A stretch of 64,000 bases of DNA from Microcoleus sp. (GTDB lineage Bacteria > Cyanobacteriota > Cyanobacteriia > Cyanobacteriales > Microcoleaceae): NCBI GenBank assembly GCA_042408215.1, contig JAYFMW010000003.1, positions 64,001 through 128,000 of the forward strand, read 5' to 3'. The first letter of the stretch is position 1, and the number at the start of each line of letters is the position of its first letter. Positions 22,187-33,111 of this stretch are shown here, piece by piece. The notes beneath the pieces were generated by a model that searched no databases, had not been told where the DNA came from, and was given only the letters and a program-made list of their open reading frames with translations. Both the position numbers and the translations under genes were made by a program.

Positions 22187-22558
22187 TACACTGGCAACGA
22201 AGCTAATGTCAGATATTAACTTATATTAACATTAGTAGGTTGGCATCAACTGTATTCTTGATTACACAGCTTTTGAGCGAGATCGTGCTGTGTTAGTAGC
22301 TAGCATCCCTGTCTTGCATTAATTAATACTCACTCAACCAGAGAAGTTTTAACTTATTACTCAAGTTGTGAGGATTAAATTTTAATCACGAACATATACT
22401 CCCTGGATTCAGGAGAGTTTGTTGTCCTTCAACTAAGTCTTGGTAAATATACCAGTAAGCGCCAAACATTCTGGTATGAAAATTTGGGTTTTCTGCAAGA
22501 ATTTATGAAAGGAAGTCTTCGCCCCTACACAATTGGGATGCTCCCTTCCCTCGCTCCC

Positions 22559-23059
22559 TCACCAGCCCCAAGTTCCAACCCCTCCTTTAAACGGCCCGAC
22601 AAGATCCTTGGTAATCCAGCCACCGTAAAAATCGCCTGGTTGAGCCTGCACTAATTCCCCGTCCACATAACAGACATCCATCAGGCTCGGATAAAAAGCC
22701 ACATAATCTTGAATAGCCTCGAAAACTTGATTTGGATGGGGGTAAAACCAACCGGCATTCACCGCTTCCTTGTCCCCTACCCTCACAGTGCAATAGCCGG
22801 CTTTTCCCTTCCATTCGCACCACGACCCCTTGGAAGTTTTGTGCAAATATTGCATTTGGATGTCCTCGGGAGGGATATAGTAGGAGGGGGGGTGACTCGT
22901 CTCCAATACCCGCTGAGCCCGATTTGTGTCGGCAATGACAGTGCCATTGAAAATTATCTGTACGTGCTTGGTCGATACCTCAAGACGAGGCGGGCGCGGG
23001 TAATCCCAAACAGACTCTTGACCAGATCCTGGTTCAATGCGATCGCGGTTCACTTCCAC
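22559..23059 (-). CDS. DUF427-family protein
   Basis: Motifs ESVWDYPRPP, VLETSHPP.YY, CEWKG and FYGGWIT. Confidence 0.8.
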   Translation of the reverse strand: MEVNRDRIEPGSGQESVWDYPRPPRLEVSTKHVQIIFNGTVIADTNRAQRVLETSHPPSYYIPPEDIQMQYLHKTSKGSWCEWKGKAGYCTVRVGDKEAVNAGWFYPHPNQVFEAIQDYVAFYPSLMDVCYVDGELVQAQPGDFYGGWITKDLVGPFKGGVGTWGW

Positions 23060-23111
23060 TCGTCTCCTCTGTAAAAAACAATTTAGTGTCTGAACATCAC
23101 AATTTAATGTA

Positions 23112-24495
23112 CCGCTCTGAAAAACTTACCCAAAACCAGACAAACCCCGACAAACCGGAGATTAAATAGTTTTAGTGTTTTCTTCCTGCTTCTCACGGTC
23201 GGTAATCCGAGCCCATCCACAGGCAGAGCACCCGTAAGCTACGGGCTGTACAAGGAAAGTTTTAAAACTCTTAAACCTTCGTGTTTCAAATTAACGGCGG
23301 CATTTTCATCCCGAGCCTGAACATGACCGCAATTTTCACACTTATATATTCTATCAGCAAGAGTCAAATCTTGTTTATGTCCACAATTAGAACATGATTT
23401 AGAAGACGGATACCAGCGGTCAACTATTACTAAATGTGAACCATACAACTGGCATTTATATTCCAACTGTCTTCGGAATTCAAACAAACCTAAATCGGCT
23501 ATAGCGCGAAGCTCATTTAGGGTTTTTCAGCATCCCTTTGACGTTTAAATCTTCAATACAGATCGCATCAAAAGTTTTGGCCAGCCATGTAGTCAATTTG
23601 TGCAGATAGTCTTTTCTGATATTCGCAACGTGCGAATGAAACCGTCCTAATTTAATCTTTACAGACTGATAAGATGCGGTTCCTTTTTGCTGGCGACTAA
23701 GTGACCGAGATAATTTTCTAAGCCTTCCTAGCGCCGCTTTCAGAGGTTTTATATTAGGGATAACTTGACCATTGCTCAACGTAGCCAGTGATTTAATTCC
23801 CAGATCAACACCTACAACTTCGATTGGTTCTCTCATTGGCTGTGACGGTGTTTCTCTCTTGAAACTTACAAACCACTTATCTGCTTTTTTACTGATGGTG
23901 AAATTTTTGACTTTTCCCAAAGCCGGTAATTTCTCAAAAGTTCTGACCTTACCAATATTAGGAATCTGTACCCAAGTAGAACCCACAATTGTGGAACCAT
24001 CACAAGTAAAACTATCGTGAAATCCTTTCTTTTTGAAGTTGGGAAATCCCTTTTCTGGTTGTTTAAAGAAATTGTTTAAAGCATCTCTAACATGGCGTGT
24101 AGCATAATTATGACATCCTTTCGACACTTCATAAGTCCAAGGGTTTTCTGATTTTACCTCAGCCGTAAATCGCTTATTCAGATCTATGGCCGTTGGTAAT
24201 TTAATTTTGTTTTCTGGTTGAGCTTTATTATGTTGTAAGCTGGCAATTAAAACTTGAACTCCCCAATTATAAGCATATCTAGCTACCCCTGCTGATTTAG
24301 CCAGCAAAGTACGTTGTTTATTGTTGGGGTTAAGTTCGGTTTTAAAACCCAGCAGCATTTTACGAACTGTCAAAACGAATGGTAATATCAGTTTAACGCT
24401 TGTATTATGGTTTGTCAATCAACTATAAATGTGTTCTCGTAGCTGGGTCGGAAAAAGTCCAGAATGTCTGGGTAATTTACGTCCTGGACAATACC
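23112..24495 (-). mobile_element. Non-autonomous IS607-like TnpB element
   Basis: The right end reads GAAGCAGGAAG...GGTTTGTC x2...GGTAAGTTTTTCAGAGCGG, ending in GG. No recombinase gene is present. The left boundary is approximate. Confidence 0.6.
23239..24358 (-). pseudogene. tnpB: TnpB split by a stop/frameshift near 23505-23515
   Basis: MLLGFKTEL..., RuvC-I GVDLG and RuvC-II IEDLNV end at KNPK*. RAIADLGLFEF, the Zn-finger and RuvC-III RDENAA continue in another frame. Confidence 0.9.
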
Positions 24496-24742
24496 CTATG
24501 CCCTATGCCCTATGCCCAATCCCCAAGCGTACCTCATTAAACAGAGAAGGGTTAGGACGTTTTGAATTGCTGAAACCATTGATTTTATTGCTTCTTCCTT
24601 CTTCCTTCTTCCTTCAGCATCTGCTATACCACCTTAATTTGGCTACCAACTCAAGTTTCCACCTTAGTTTTGGGAGAATTTGCTCAAAAGTGGCGGACGA
24701 CTGCTGTACCCCAAGACAGGAATTTGCGACTGATAGATGTCT

Positions 24743-26099
24743 TTGACACTCCTCGGCCTGAAGGCACGAGGATTCTTGGTTCAGTCAGTCGGCTTGCCCG
24801 TTGATGTTACCACCAGCGAGTAGAGGTCGGTCTGTCCCCAAGCGTTAATTCCGGTGTGCCCCACCGTATTTAAATTAATTCCAGCACGGGCTTTCAATCC
24901 TTTCGCCAAAATATTCAAAGCTGCATTATGATCGCGATCTAAAACTGTACCACAACTGCAAACATGAGTCCTAACTGAAAGCGATTTCTTAACACGATTC
25001 CCACAACTTGAACAATCTTGGGAAGTGTACTGAGGAGCAACAGCAATTACCGTTTTACCGTACACTTTCCCAAAATATTGCAACCATTGGGCAAACTGTG
25101 ACCACGCTGCATCACTAATTGATTTAGCAAGCTTATGGTTTTTCACCATATTTCTCACTTGCAGATTTTCGTAAGCTACGAAATCGCTAGATTTCACTAC
25201 GCACAACGCCGTCTTAATGGCGAAGTCTTTGCGCTGCCTACTGACTTTCAAATGTTTTCTACCTAACTTATTGATAGCTTTCTTACGATTGCCCGAACCT
25301 TTCTTTTTCCGAGAAACTCGTTTCTGTAATCGCTTTAAAGCTTTTTCACTTTTACGCAAATGTCGAGGATTAGGAACTGTTTCTCCGGTGCTATCAGTGT
25401 AGAAATGGTTTAAACCTACATCCAACCCTACGGCTTTGCCAGTAGGAATTGTTTCCTCTGTCCGTTCCACGTCGATACAAAACTGAGCGTAGTAGCCATC
25501 GGCACGACGGATTACTCTGATTCGTTTGATTTCACCAGGTGCATAGAAGTGCAAATCTCGACTACCAAGTAGCCTAAATGTTCCAGCGGCAAAATCATCC
25601 GTGAAAGTTAGACATCTTTTGTCGACAGAAAGCTGACAACCTGAAGTCTTATATTCTACAGAACGGGTGTGTTTCTTAAACTGCGGGTATCCCTTTTTCC
25701 CTGGCTTCTTAGCCTTACAATTCGAGAAAAAACGTTGGATCGCAAAAATGGCACGTTCCGCCGAAGCTTGACGTGCCATTGAGTTAAGTTTTCCTGCCCA
25801 TTCAAACTCTTTAGCCATGATGGCGCATTGTTTGTATAGATCGACCAACTTAACTCCTTGATGATCGATCCAATATCTAAGAGTTTTGTTTCGGACAAAT
25901 TGAGCTGTGCGGATCATTTCGTCGATCATCCGATATTGCTGCGCTTTGCCCTTTAACTTAAACTCTAGTACAATCATGCCATTATTCTATCATTTTTACA
26001 AAGCACTGTGTTTAAAAAGTGCGTAGGTTTAATAATTATTTACACTTTATAGAAATTAAAGCCGTCCTAGAAGGACGGGGCTTTAGACCCATTGTCTTG
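24743..26099 (-). mobile_element. IS200/IS605-family tnpB-only element
   Basis: Left end TTAC|CAAGACAATGGGTCTAAAGCCCCGTCCTTCTAGGACGG; right end AAGAATCCTCGTGCCTTCAGGCCGAGGAGTGTCAA. Confidence 0.85.
24781..25977 (-). CDS. tnpB: RNA-guided endonuclease TnpB (intact)
   Basis: RuvC-I GLDVG, RuvC-II YENL, Zn-finger CSSC/CSC and RuvC-III DRDHNAA. Confidence 0.94.
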   Translation of the reverse strand: MIVLEFKLKGKAQQYRMIDEMIRTAQFVRNKTLRYWIDHQGVKLVDLYKQCAIMAKEFEWAGKLNSMARQASAERAIFAIQRFFSNCKAKKPGKKGYPQFKKHTRSVEYKTSGCQLSVDKRCLTFTDDFAAGTFRLLGSRDLHFYAPGEIKRIRVIRRADGYYAQFCIDVERTEETIPTGKAVGLDVGLNHFYTDSTGETVPNPRHLRKSEKALKRLQKRVSRKKKGSGNRKKAINKLGRKHLKVSRQRKDFAIKTALCVVKSSDFVAYENLQVRNMVKNHKLAKSISDAAWSQFAQWLQYFGKVYGKTVIAVAPQYTSQDCSSCGNRVKKSLSVRTHVCSCGTVLDRDHNAALNILAKGLKARAGINLNTVGHTGINAWGQTDLYSLVVTSTGKPTD

Positions 26100-26380
26100 G
26101 TAAATTCGATCGGGCTACGCCCAACCAAAATCAGGATTGAGATTGGCTACAAGGCCAAATTTCAGCGGCAATTCCATCGGAGTTTTTTCACAAGTGGTCG
26201 AGAATTAACCACGACAGCAAATAACAGAAATTCAGACATCAGACATCGGACAGCCCGACAGGGATAGATACGGATATACAGATTAATGTTTTTATTTGTT
26301 CCTATTGACTGATGACTAACGACCAACCAATGACTAATGACCAATGACTAATGACCAATGACCGAAAGCATCCAGGGTAC

Positions 26381-26402
26381 AAGCCCCCGGATTCATCCGT
26401 GC
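26381..26402. repeat. REP-like palindrome GCCCCCGGATTCATCCGTG
   Basis: Related copies at about 30563-30585 (inverted) and 34616-34637, all intergenic. Confidence 0.6.
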
Positions 26403-26622
26403 GGTCAATTCTTCAATTCTTCAATTCTTCAATCAATTGACCCATCTTTGACACCAAGAGAATTATCTGGTAAAGTTATACCCAATATCAACCCTTTTTA
26501 ACGAAGAGCGAAAATCTATTGGCCGTTTAGAGTTTGTACAAGTGCCAAATATAGCGCCTGTACTCAAGTCACCCGCGATCGAATATTTAAAACAGAGCGG
26601 GAAGCCTGTAAAAATTACATCT

Positions 26623-28512
26623 ATGGAAATCCCCTTTAATATCACCTTGTTGATGGTCATGACCGTCACCTGCGGCATCAGTGCTCAAGTTCTGGCCGCT
26701 TACTTAAAAGTTCCTGCGATCGTATTTTTGCTGCTGTTCGGCATTTTAGCAGGCCCAGACTGTTTAGGTTTGCTGCACCCCAATCTGCTGGGTAGCGGTT
26801 TAGAAGTTATGGTCTCCCTTTCCGTAGCGTTAATTCTGTTTGAAGGTGGGTTGAATTTGGAATTGCGGGATTTAGGGCGCATTTCCGGGAGTATCCGCAA
26901 TTTAGTCACCGTAGGTACTTTAATTACCCTCATAGGTGGCGGAATGGCCGCACACTGGCTGGGAGAATTTCCCTGGCCGATCGCCTTTCTCTATGCTTCT
27001 CTAGTAGTCGTCACCGGCCCGACAGTCATCGGTCCTTTGCTCAAACAGGTTTCTGTGGACAAACAAGTAGCCACTTTGCTAGAAGCCGAAGGCGTTTTAA
27101 TCGATCCTGTCGGGGCAATTCTGGCAGTATTGGTACTGAACATTGTTTTAAACGGCAATACAGACTTGCTGGTTTTGTTCCGAGATTTAATGGTACGGCT
27201 AGGAGTTGGCGCTGTCATCGGAGTTGCGGGAGGTTGGCTGCTAGGATTCATTCTCAAGCGATCGCAATTTCTGTCAGAAGACCTCAAAAACCTAGTAGTA
27301 TTAGCAGGTTTGTGGGGATTATTCGGCCTAGCAGAAGAACTCCGCAGCGAATCGGGACTGATGGCAACCGTACTCTCAGGAATCGTCCTCAGAGCCGCCT
27401 CAGTCCCAGAAGAACGGCTGCTAAGGAGGTTTAAAGGTCAACTCACAGTCCTGGCTATCTCCGTGCTGTTCGTGTTGCTGGCTGCCGATTTATCCCTCGC
27501 TAGTGTAGTTGCGCTTGGCTGGGGAAGCGTGTTCACAGTTTTAGCATTAATGTGGGTAGTGCGGCCGATTAACGTTTGGCTGTGTACGCAGGGAAGTGGG
27601 CTGAATTGGCGACAGAAGTTATTTGCTTGCTGGGTAGCGCCGAGAGGAATTGTCTCAGCTTCGATCGCATCTTTATTTGCCATTTTGCTCACCCAGCGAG
27701 GAATCAACGGTGGCGACTCCATCAAAGCCTTAGTTTTCCTGACAATTATCATCACAGTTTTCGTCCAAGGACTAACAGCCGGACGCATAGCTCAACTATT
27801 AGGAGTCACATCCAAATCAGCCACCGGCGCTGCCATTGTCGGGTCAAATCCTTTAAGCCGATTGATTGCTCGCTTGTTTCAAGAGCGTGGCGAATCAGTG
27901 GCAATTATCGACACCAACCCAGAAGCTTGCGAACAAGCAGAAAAGGAGGGTTTGCGAGTATTTTTGAGCAGCGCCCTCGACCATAGCGTTTTGGAAGCAG
28001 CCGGACTTGACTCAATGGGAACTTTTTTGGCAATGACTAACAACGGTGAGGTAAACTTAGTATTAGCTCAGCGAGCGGCTGAGGAATTTGCACCGCCCAA
28101 GGTTTTGGCAATATTTCCCAAAGATCCGCAAGGGAGTACCGCTGCAAATAACACTAAGATCGATCAAGCCTTTGTTTCCGATTTGTCGCTGAAGGATTGG
28201 AACGAATATCTGAGCGACCAAGAAGTGAAACTGGGAGAAACTGAGTTAAAAAGTTCGGGATGGGAGTTTCAGGCGGCTCACTTGCAAGCCTTGATTCGAT
28301 CCGGGGAATTAGTACCACTGTTGCTCGAAAGACAGGGATATTTGCAGGTGATGTCGGCGACAGAAACTTGGCAAGCGGGTGATATAATTATTTATTTGCT
28401 GCACGATCCGACACCGAAATTGTTAAAAAGATTGTCTGGTTCGTCTCACTCTCGCTTGACTTTAGAAAAACATCCCGTAGTAGAAGAAGTACCGATTCCT
28501 TCTCCTGTTTGA
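26623..28512 (+). CDS. CPA1/NhaP-type cation:proton antiporter with C-terminal TrkA-N domain
   Basis: Motifs LFEGGL, VTGPTV, EGVLIDP and APRGIV, many transmembrane segments and a Rossmann-like tail. Confidence 0.9.
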   Translation: MEIPFNITLLMVMTVTCGISAQVLAAYLKVPAIVFLLLFGILAGPDCLGLLHPNLLGSGLEVMVSLSVALILFEGGLNLELRDLGRISGSIRNLVTVGTLITLIGGGMAAHWLGEFPWPIAFLYASLVVVTGPTVIGPLLKQVSVDKQVATLLEAEGVLIDPVGAILAVLVLNIVLNGNTDLLVLFRDLMVRLGVGAVIGVAGGWLLGFILKRSQFLSEDLKNLVVLAGLWGLFGLAEELRSESGLMATVLSGIVLRAASVPEERLLRRFKGQLTVLAISVLFVLLAADLSLASVVALGWGSVFTVLALMWVVRPINVWLCTQGSGLNWRQKLFACWVAPRGIVSASIASLFAILLTQRGINGGDSIKALVFLTIIITVFVQGLTAGRIAQLLGVTSKSATGAAIVGSNPLSRLIARLFQERGESVAIIDTNPEACEQAEKEGLRVFLSSALDHSVLEAAGLDSMGTFLAMTNNGEVNLVLAQRAAEEFAPPKVLAIFPKDPQGSTAANNTKIDQAFVSDLSLKDWNEYLSDQEVKLGETELKSSGWEFQAAHLQALIRSGELVPLLLERQGYLQVMSATETWQAGDIIIYLLHDPTPKLLKRLSGSSHSRLTLEKHPVVEEVPIPSPV

Positions 28513-28652
28513 GAGAAAATTTTGGAGGTAGCTATAATCGAGAAGGAAGCAGAAGTTTTGCAACCGCCTGTTTCGCGGTATTCAAAATTATAGCTGGATT
28601 CAGGATTCAGGAGTAGGATGCTTAACTATTAAGGGTTTCAGCCATTAATCTC

Positions 28653-28814
28653 CTAACACGAGGGACTGCTATAAACCATTCCTGCAATCAATGCAGCTTT
28701 TTTAACTTCCGTCATAGCATTGTAGCGGCGCTCGAATTCAGCGCGACTCAGGCGATCGCCATTTTCCAAAGGCAGTATAGTTAAAGGAGGATTGAGGAAT
28801 TTTTGACTTGTCAT
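28653..28814 (-). pseudogene. Truncated Uma2-family endonuclease (N-terminal fragment)
   Basis: [17 protein letters not shown]...[11 protein letters not shown] is a typical Uma2 N-terminus and stops after about 53 aa. Confidence 0.7.
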
Positions 28815-28985
28815 GATTATAGTTAGAGTTGGCGATCGAAAATTAAGTTTTAACATAAATATAGCGTTCCCTTCAGGAGATGCGATCGCCCTTTCTTCTC
28901 TCTCTGTGCCCTCTGCGCCCTCTGCGGTTCCTAAAAAAAATCTCCTAGATTAATAGAGGAAATAACAACCGACTTAAGATTAAAC

Positions 28986-29852
28986 TCAATGCAAATACCC
29001 AATCCAAGCCAGCAAAACATCCAGCGAACCATACCACTTTCCCAGAGAACGAGGCGAATGCCAAACTCCCTCCAAAACCAAATTTTCGACACCCTCCAAA
29101 TGAGCCACTTCTATCGGCGTAATTCCATCTCCCCAAGTCTCCCCCTTACCGACAGTCAACTCATAACTTCTGTAAGCCAGCCAAGTCCCAAAACTGCCCT
29201 TGCCAAAAACAACCTTCCCAGCAGCGCCAACCTAGGGAACCTACGGGCGAAAAGCCCCCGAATCGTGAATTTTGACAAAATCTAGATTTTGGCGCGTCCA
29301 TCGCTCTCTCAAGAGGTGCTGCTTGCCTAAAGTGATTCAAGTATAGACGGTCGGGTGTTCCACAAACCAACATCCTCAAGCACGTCGCCGTGAATGGTGT
29401 AGGGTTTTTCTCCCAAATAGATGGGAGAAATCGAGCCGCCGGCGGAATGACTGATGGGATTAATCTGAGAGACACCAGATTGCTTTGACATACTCCTCTG
29501 GCTAAAGCCTAGAGGATTCTAGGGTCAAACAGCGATCGCAGGCGCAGCCCGTCTTACATCACCTAACCTAACGGTCGATGCCCCGACAACGTATGATTTA
29601 TACCATAGCTTCTTATGCCCTAAAGGGCAAGGCTTTAAACCCATTATTTTTTGGTAATATTTGTTTGATAGTGCGATCGAGCAAGCGCAAAATTAGCACC
29701 ATCGACCACCCACCCAAAGTCGGCAACCAATCTCCCTTGCTCAGTGGTACTTTTACAGTTGGGAAACCGCGATCGACCAGAGATTTTTCTAATTCCCGGT
29801 AGTCGGAAGCAGCGGCCAAATATCCTGGTAAAATCACAGTTGGCAATGGCAC
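28986..29852 (-). pseudogene. Alpha/beta hydrolase (lipase/PGAP1-like), interrupted by a mini-element and decayed
   Basis: It starts MPLPTVILPGY. Removing 29485-29653 restores the frame to ..KQILQQSGVSQINPISHSAGG. A later frameshift and two TAG stops precede WGDGITP..GVWHSP..WYGS. Confidence 0.85.
29485..29653 (-). mobile_element. 169-bp non-autonomous IS200/IS605 derivative
   Basis: Left end TTAC|CAAAAAATAATGGGTTTAAAGCCTTGCCCTTTAGGGC; right end AGAATCCTCTAGGCTTTAGCCAGAGGAGTATGTCAA. No target duplication, and excision restores the host ORF. Confidence 0.88.
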
Positions 29853-30024
29853 GATCTATTTTTGATTTGAGATTAGAGATTTGAGATTATTGAATTGGTG
29901 ACGGAGGATGCTAGGATATATTTTTCACGTTCAAAAACGCTTGCAAAAGCATCCTTTGGATTACTAACAGTGCCTCATCTCACTGCCACTTGTTAAACCT
30001 TTTGGTTGGGGAATATCTACTTCT

Positions 30025-30504
30025 ATGGCTCGCGAGCCCATTCAAACATGGTATTTTACCCTGGTTGTCGTTCACTTAGAAAACCGTTTTCTACTGGTAC
30101 AAGAGCGCAAGTACGAGCAGCAGTGGTATCTCCCAGCAGGGCGAGTGGAAAAAGGGGAGACTTTGCTCGAATCTGCTCAACGCAATACGATCGAGGAAGG
30201 GGGCATTTCCGTCATCATTGAAGGAATTCTCAGGGTAGAGCATACGGTGATGCCTAGGGGCAATGTGCGCCTCAGAGTGATATTTGTGGCTCGTCCCGAA
30301 GATCATACGCCACCGAAGAGCAAGCCGGACGAGCATACTTTGTGTGCTGGCTGGTATTCTCTCAAAGAATTAGACCAGTTGTCGCTGCGGGGCGAGGAAG
30401 TTCGGGAAATCTTTCAATATATGGTCAGTGGTGCTCCAATTTATCCGATCGACTTGCTCAGTATTGAGGGAGCACCTTTTAAAACTTACCGATATCGGTG
30501 GTAA
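30025..30504 (+). CDS. NUDIX hydrolase
   Basis: Variant Nudix box PAGRVEKGETLLESAQRNTIEEGG. Confidence 0.85.
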   Translation: MAREPIQTWYFTLVVVHLENRFLLVQERKYEQQWYLPAGRVEKGETLLESAQRNTIEEGGISVIIEGILRVEHTVMPRGNVRLRVIFVARPEDHTPPKSKPDEHTLCAGWYSLKELDQLSLRGEEVREIFQYMVSGAPIYPIDLLSIEGAPFKTYRYRW

Positions 30505-30837
30505 GCCAAACAATTTTGGATTTTGGATTTTGGATTTTGGATTGGAGAATTGAAGAATTGCTCCCACGGATGAATCCGGGGGCCCGAACTAAATTGCTTA
30601 GGACTTACGCATGGGGGCCGAGAGTTTCTTTGGTTAGTGCGTAAGTCCTGTCGCTCTCCGTAACCGAATTGGAAACAGCCCTCGATCGCACCGATCATCG
30701 GTGTTTAATCAATTAATTCAGTTGGCCAACCTGGAAAAGACGGTATTGCGGGGGCTGGTTTGCGATCGGGCGCTGGCGTTCGAGTGATTTTGAGTGCGAT
30801 CGTGCTATACTTATAGCTGGTAAAAGTATAGTCATCT

Positions 30838-31010
30838 ATTACAGTGCCATGGGAGGCGTTGAGTCCCTCCCCTTTCGCTTTCACTTCGAGCGGATTAACC
30901 CGCCTCGGCTGAACTACGCAGCTCTCTATCCCATCGCTAAACGCATTTGGGATTGCTTTTCTCAAAATATTGTAAGACCCATTAACATCGGCGTTAATCA
31001 ATCGACCCTT
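30838..31010 (-). pseudogene. 3' remnant of a tnpB gene with right-end hairpin
   Basis: GRLINADVNGSYNILRKAIPNAF is a RuvC-III region, followed by the hairpin GGGGAGGGACTCAACGCCTCCC. Confidence 0.65.
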
Positions 31011-31190
31011 CTGACTATATGATACTACCATTGTCTATTGATGCTTACAATCTTAATGAAGTTTTACAATACCTTTAAATAAATTGCCAAATTTTTACTT
31101 TTCACCCGCTCCCAATAAAAAAATATCGGTAACAAATCACTAATCACCAATAACCAATAACCAATAACCAATAACTAATTCCCGATCGTC

Positions 31191-32939
31191 ATGACTGACT
31201 CTTATTCCCTAGCCAACACCCTTTCCGAACCGCTGCGCCAGCCATTTTGGTGGGCAGCCCTAGCTTCTATCGGCCTTCACGGAGCGCTCGGAGTCGGCGC
31301 CCCTACGATCTCAAATTTCATTTATGGTGGAAATTCATCAAAAAATCTGCCCGGTTCAGTCGGGTTAATCGAGCTAACTCCCGCAGAAGTCAGCCGCCTG
31401 CCACAAACAATACCACCGCGGCCGACAAATTCGCGATTTTCGATCGCACCCGTTCCCCTTTCACCCATTCCCAAGTTAGCCCCGCCCTTGCCGCCGGAAC
31501 CTTCAGTAATTAACTTACCCGCCTTACCGCCGGGAATGCCACCTCCAGGATTCTTTTCCCCTCTCCCTCTCCCATCCCCCTCATTCACAGCCCCGCCACC
31601 TCCGAACACTCCATCCCTAACTCTCGAAACTCCTGCTCCGAAAATACAGACTATCATCCCGCAAGTGCCGAATTCCGGTGTGATTTTTCCGCCGCTACCC
31701 GGTAATTTCGATCGCAATATCCCACCACCGCCACCATCGCCATCGCTGACGGAATCGCCCCAACTTCCCGGCCCAGTTACCGAAGATGAGGGGGAGACAC
31801 TCAAAAAGATCATCACCAGTAGAGGCGGATTGCCACTATTTCCAGACGGTGCTCCAGTCTTTACCCCTCAGTTCCCCATAGGCGGCACGAATTCTGGACC
31901 CGATGGAGTACCAAAATTAACTCAAAAAGATCCGAATAAAAGAAATCTAATCGCAGAAACTCCCGAAGAAAGAGCGAGGAGGCAACAATTTGATCGGAAT
32001 AATCGAAATCTTCAGCAGGGACAATCGGATTCAAACTTATCGGGCGATCGACAAGCAATGCTTGATAGTGGAAATAAATATATTGCCTTGTTTAACGAAT
32101 TCCAACGGGCTTATCCTAACTTAGCAATGACCGGACCGACTCCTGTGGATATTCCTTATCCGACAGCAGCTTGCTCGCAACAGCTCGAAGGAGTAGCAGT
32201 TTTCGGAGCTGTTGTCAACCCCCAAGGAGCGATCGTTGCTAGCCCTAGAACGATCGTCCCGACGGATTATGGTATTCTCGACAAGGCCGCTGAAACTGCG
32301 ATTATTAACCCTTCTCTAATATTTCCACCAGCCAGCACGCACAAGCTTTACCAATTGACTGTCGCCTTTAAATACGACCCGAAAATCTGCGGCGGAACTC
32401 CTCTAGCCCCACGTACTGCTCCCACTGAGCCAAAACCAGCAGGCCAACAGTCGCTACCAACCGCCCCGACTGAAGAAGTGAAACCGCAGTTTGAGAAGCC
32501 TCCCGCAGCCCCAAACAAACCAAAACCAGGGGCCCAACAGTCGCCGTCACCTCAACCAAAACCAGCCGCCGAACCGTCGCCAGCACCAGAACCAAAACCA
32601 GGGGCCACACAGTCGCCAGCACCAGAACCAAAACCAGGGGCCACACAGTCGCCAGCACCAGAACCAAAACCAGCCACCGAACCGTCGCCGTCGCCTAAAC
32701 CAGCGCCCTCTCCCGCCGCCGAACCGTCACCTGCGCCAGAAGTTGCGCCCTCTCCCGCCGCCGAACCGTCGCCACCTGAAGCAGCACCAACTCCCACCGC
32801 CGAAGAGTCGCCGTCGCCAGAAGTTGCGCCTGCTCCCGCCGCCGAACCGTCGCCGTCGCCAGAAGTTGCGCCTGCTCCCGCCGCCGAACCGTCGCCGTCG
32901 CCAGAAGTTGCGCCTGCTCCCGCAGCTACCGAAAATTAA
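31191..32939 (+). CDS. Proline-rich TonB-like protein (N-terminal TM helix, TonB_C-like domain, Pro/Ala/Glu tandem repeats)
   Basis: Transmembrane segment SIGLHG, motif YP...LEG.A......G....LDKAA and C-terminal PAAEPSP repeats. Confidence 0.65.
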   Translation: MTDSYSLANTLSEPLRQPFWWAALASIGLHGALGVGAPTISNFIYGGNSSKNLPGSVGLIELTPAEVSRLPQTIPPRPTNSRFSIAPVPLSPIPKLAPPLPPEPSVINLPALPPGMPPPGFFSPLPLPSPSFTAPPPPNTPSLTLETPAPKIQTIIPQVPNSGVIFPPLPGNFDRNIPPPPPSPSLTESPQLPGPVTEDEGETLKKIITSRGGLPLFPDGAPVFTPQFPIGGTNSGPDGVPKLTQKDPNKRNLIAETPEERARRQQFDRNNRNLQQGQSDSNLSGDRQAMLDSGNKYIALFNEFQRAYPNLAMTGPTPVDIPYPTAACSQQLEGVAVFGAVVNPQGAIVASPRTIVPTDYGILDKAAETAIINPSLIFPPASTHKLYQLTVAFKYDPKICGGTPLAPRTAPTEPKPAGQQSLPTAPTEEVKPQFEKPPAAPNKPKPGAQQSPSPQPKPAAEPSPAPEPKPGATQSPAPEPKPGATQSPAPEPKPATEPSPSPKPAPSPAAEPSPAPEVAPSPAAEPSPPEAAPTPTAEESPSPEVAPAPAAEPSPSPEVAPAPAAEPSPSPEVAPAPAATEN

Positions 32940-33111
32940 TGGTTAATTGGGAATTGGGAATCGGTAATGGGTAATATGATGTCCGGTTAATTACCGATAA
33001 TAAAATTGGTTTGTAGTCAGGAATTGAGTCCTTATTAACTAACAGCTTTCTTAGGTAATGTCGTCCTCACTATCAACTCCAGAATGGTGATATAGCAGAA
33101 GTCAGAACTCA

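Noticed and set aside
24359..24495. IStron (group I intron fused to the IS607-like element)
   Set aside because: The left region is only about 140 bp, has no recognisable intron core and is intergenic.
23239..25977. Cas12f / type V CRISPR call
   Set aside because: Both genes lie inside IS ends, with no array or cas1/cas2.
30705..31031. 108-aa ORF as a real gene
   Set aside because: It is a chimera of a tnpB C-terminal remnant read through into flanking DNA.
32368..32946. Arg/Gln-rich and antisense ORFs over the TonB-like gene
   Set aside because: Alternative frames of the Pro/Ala tandem repeats.
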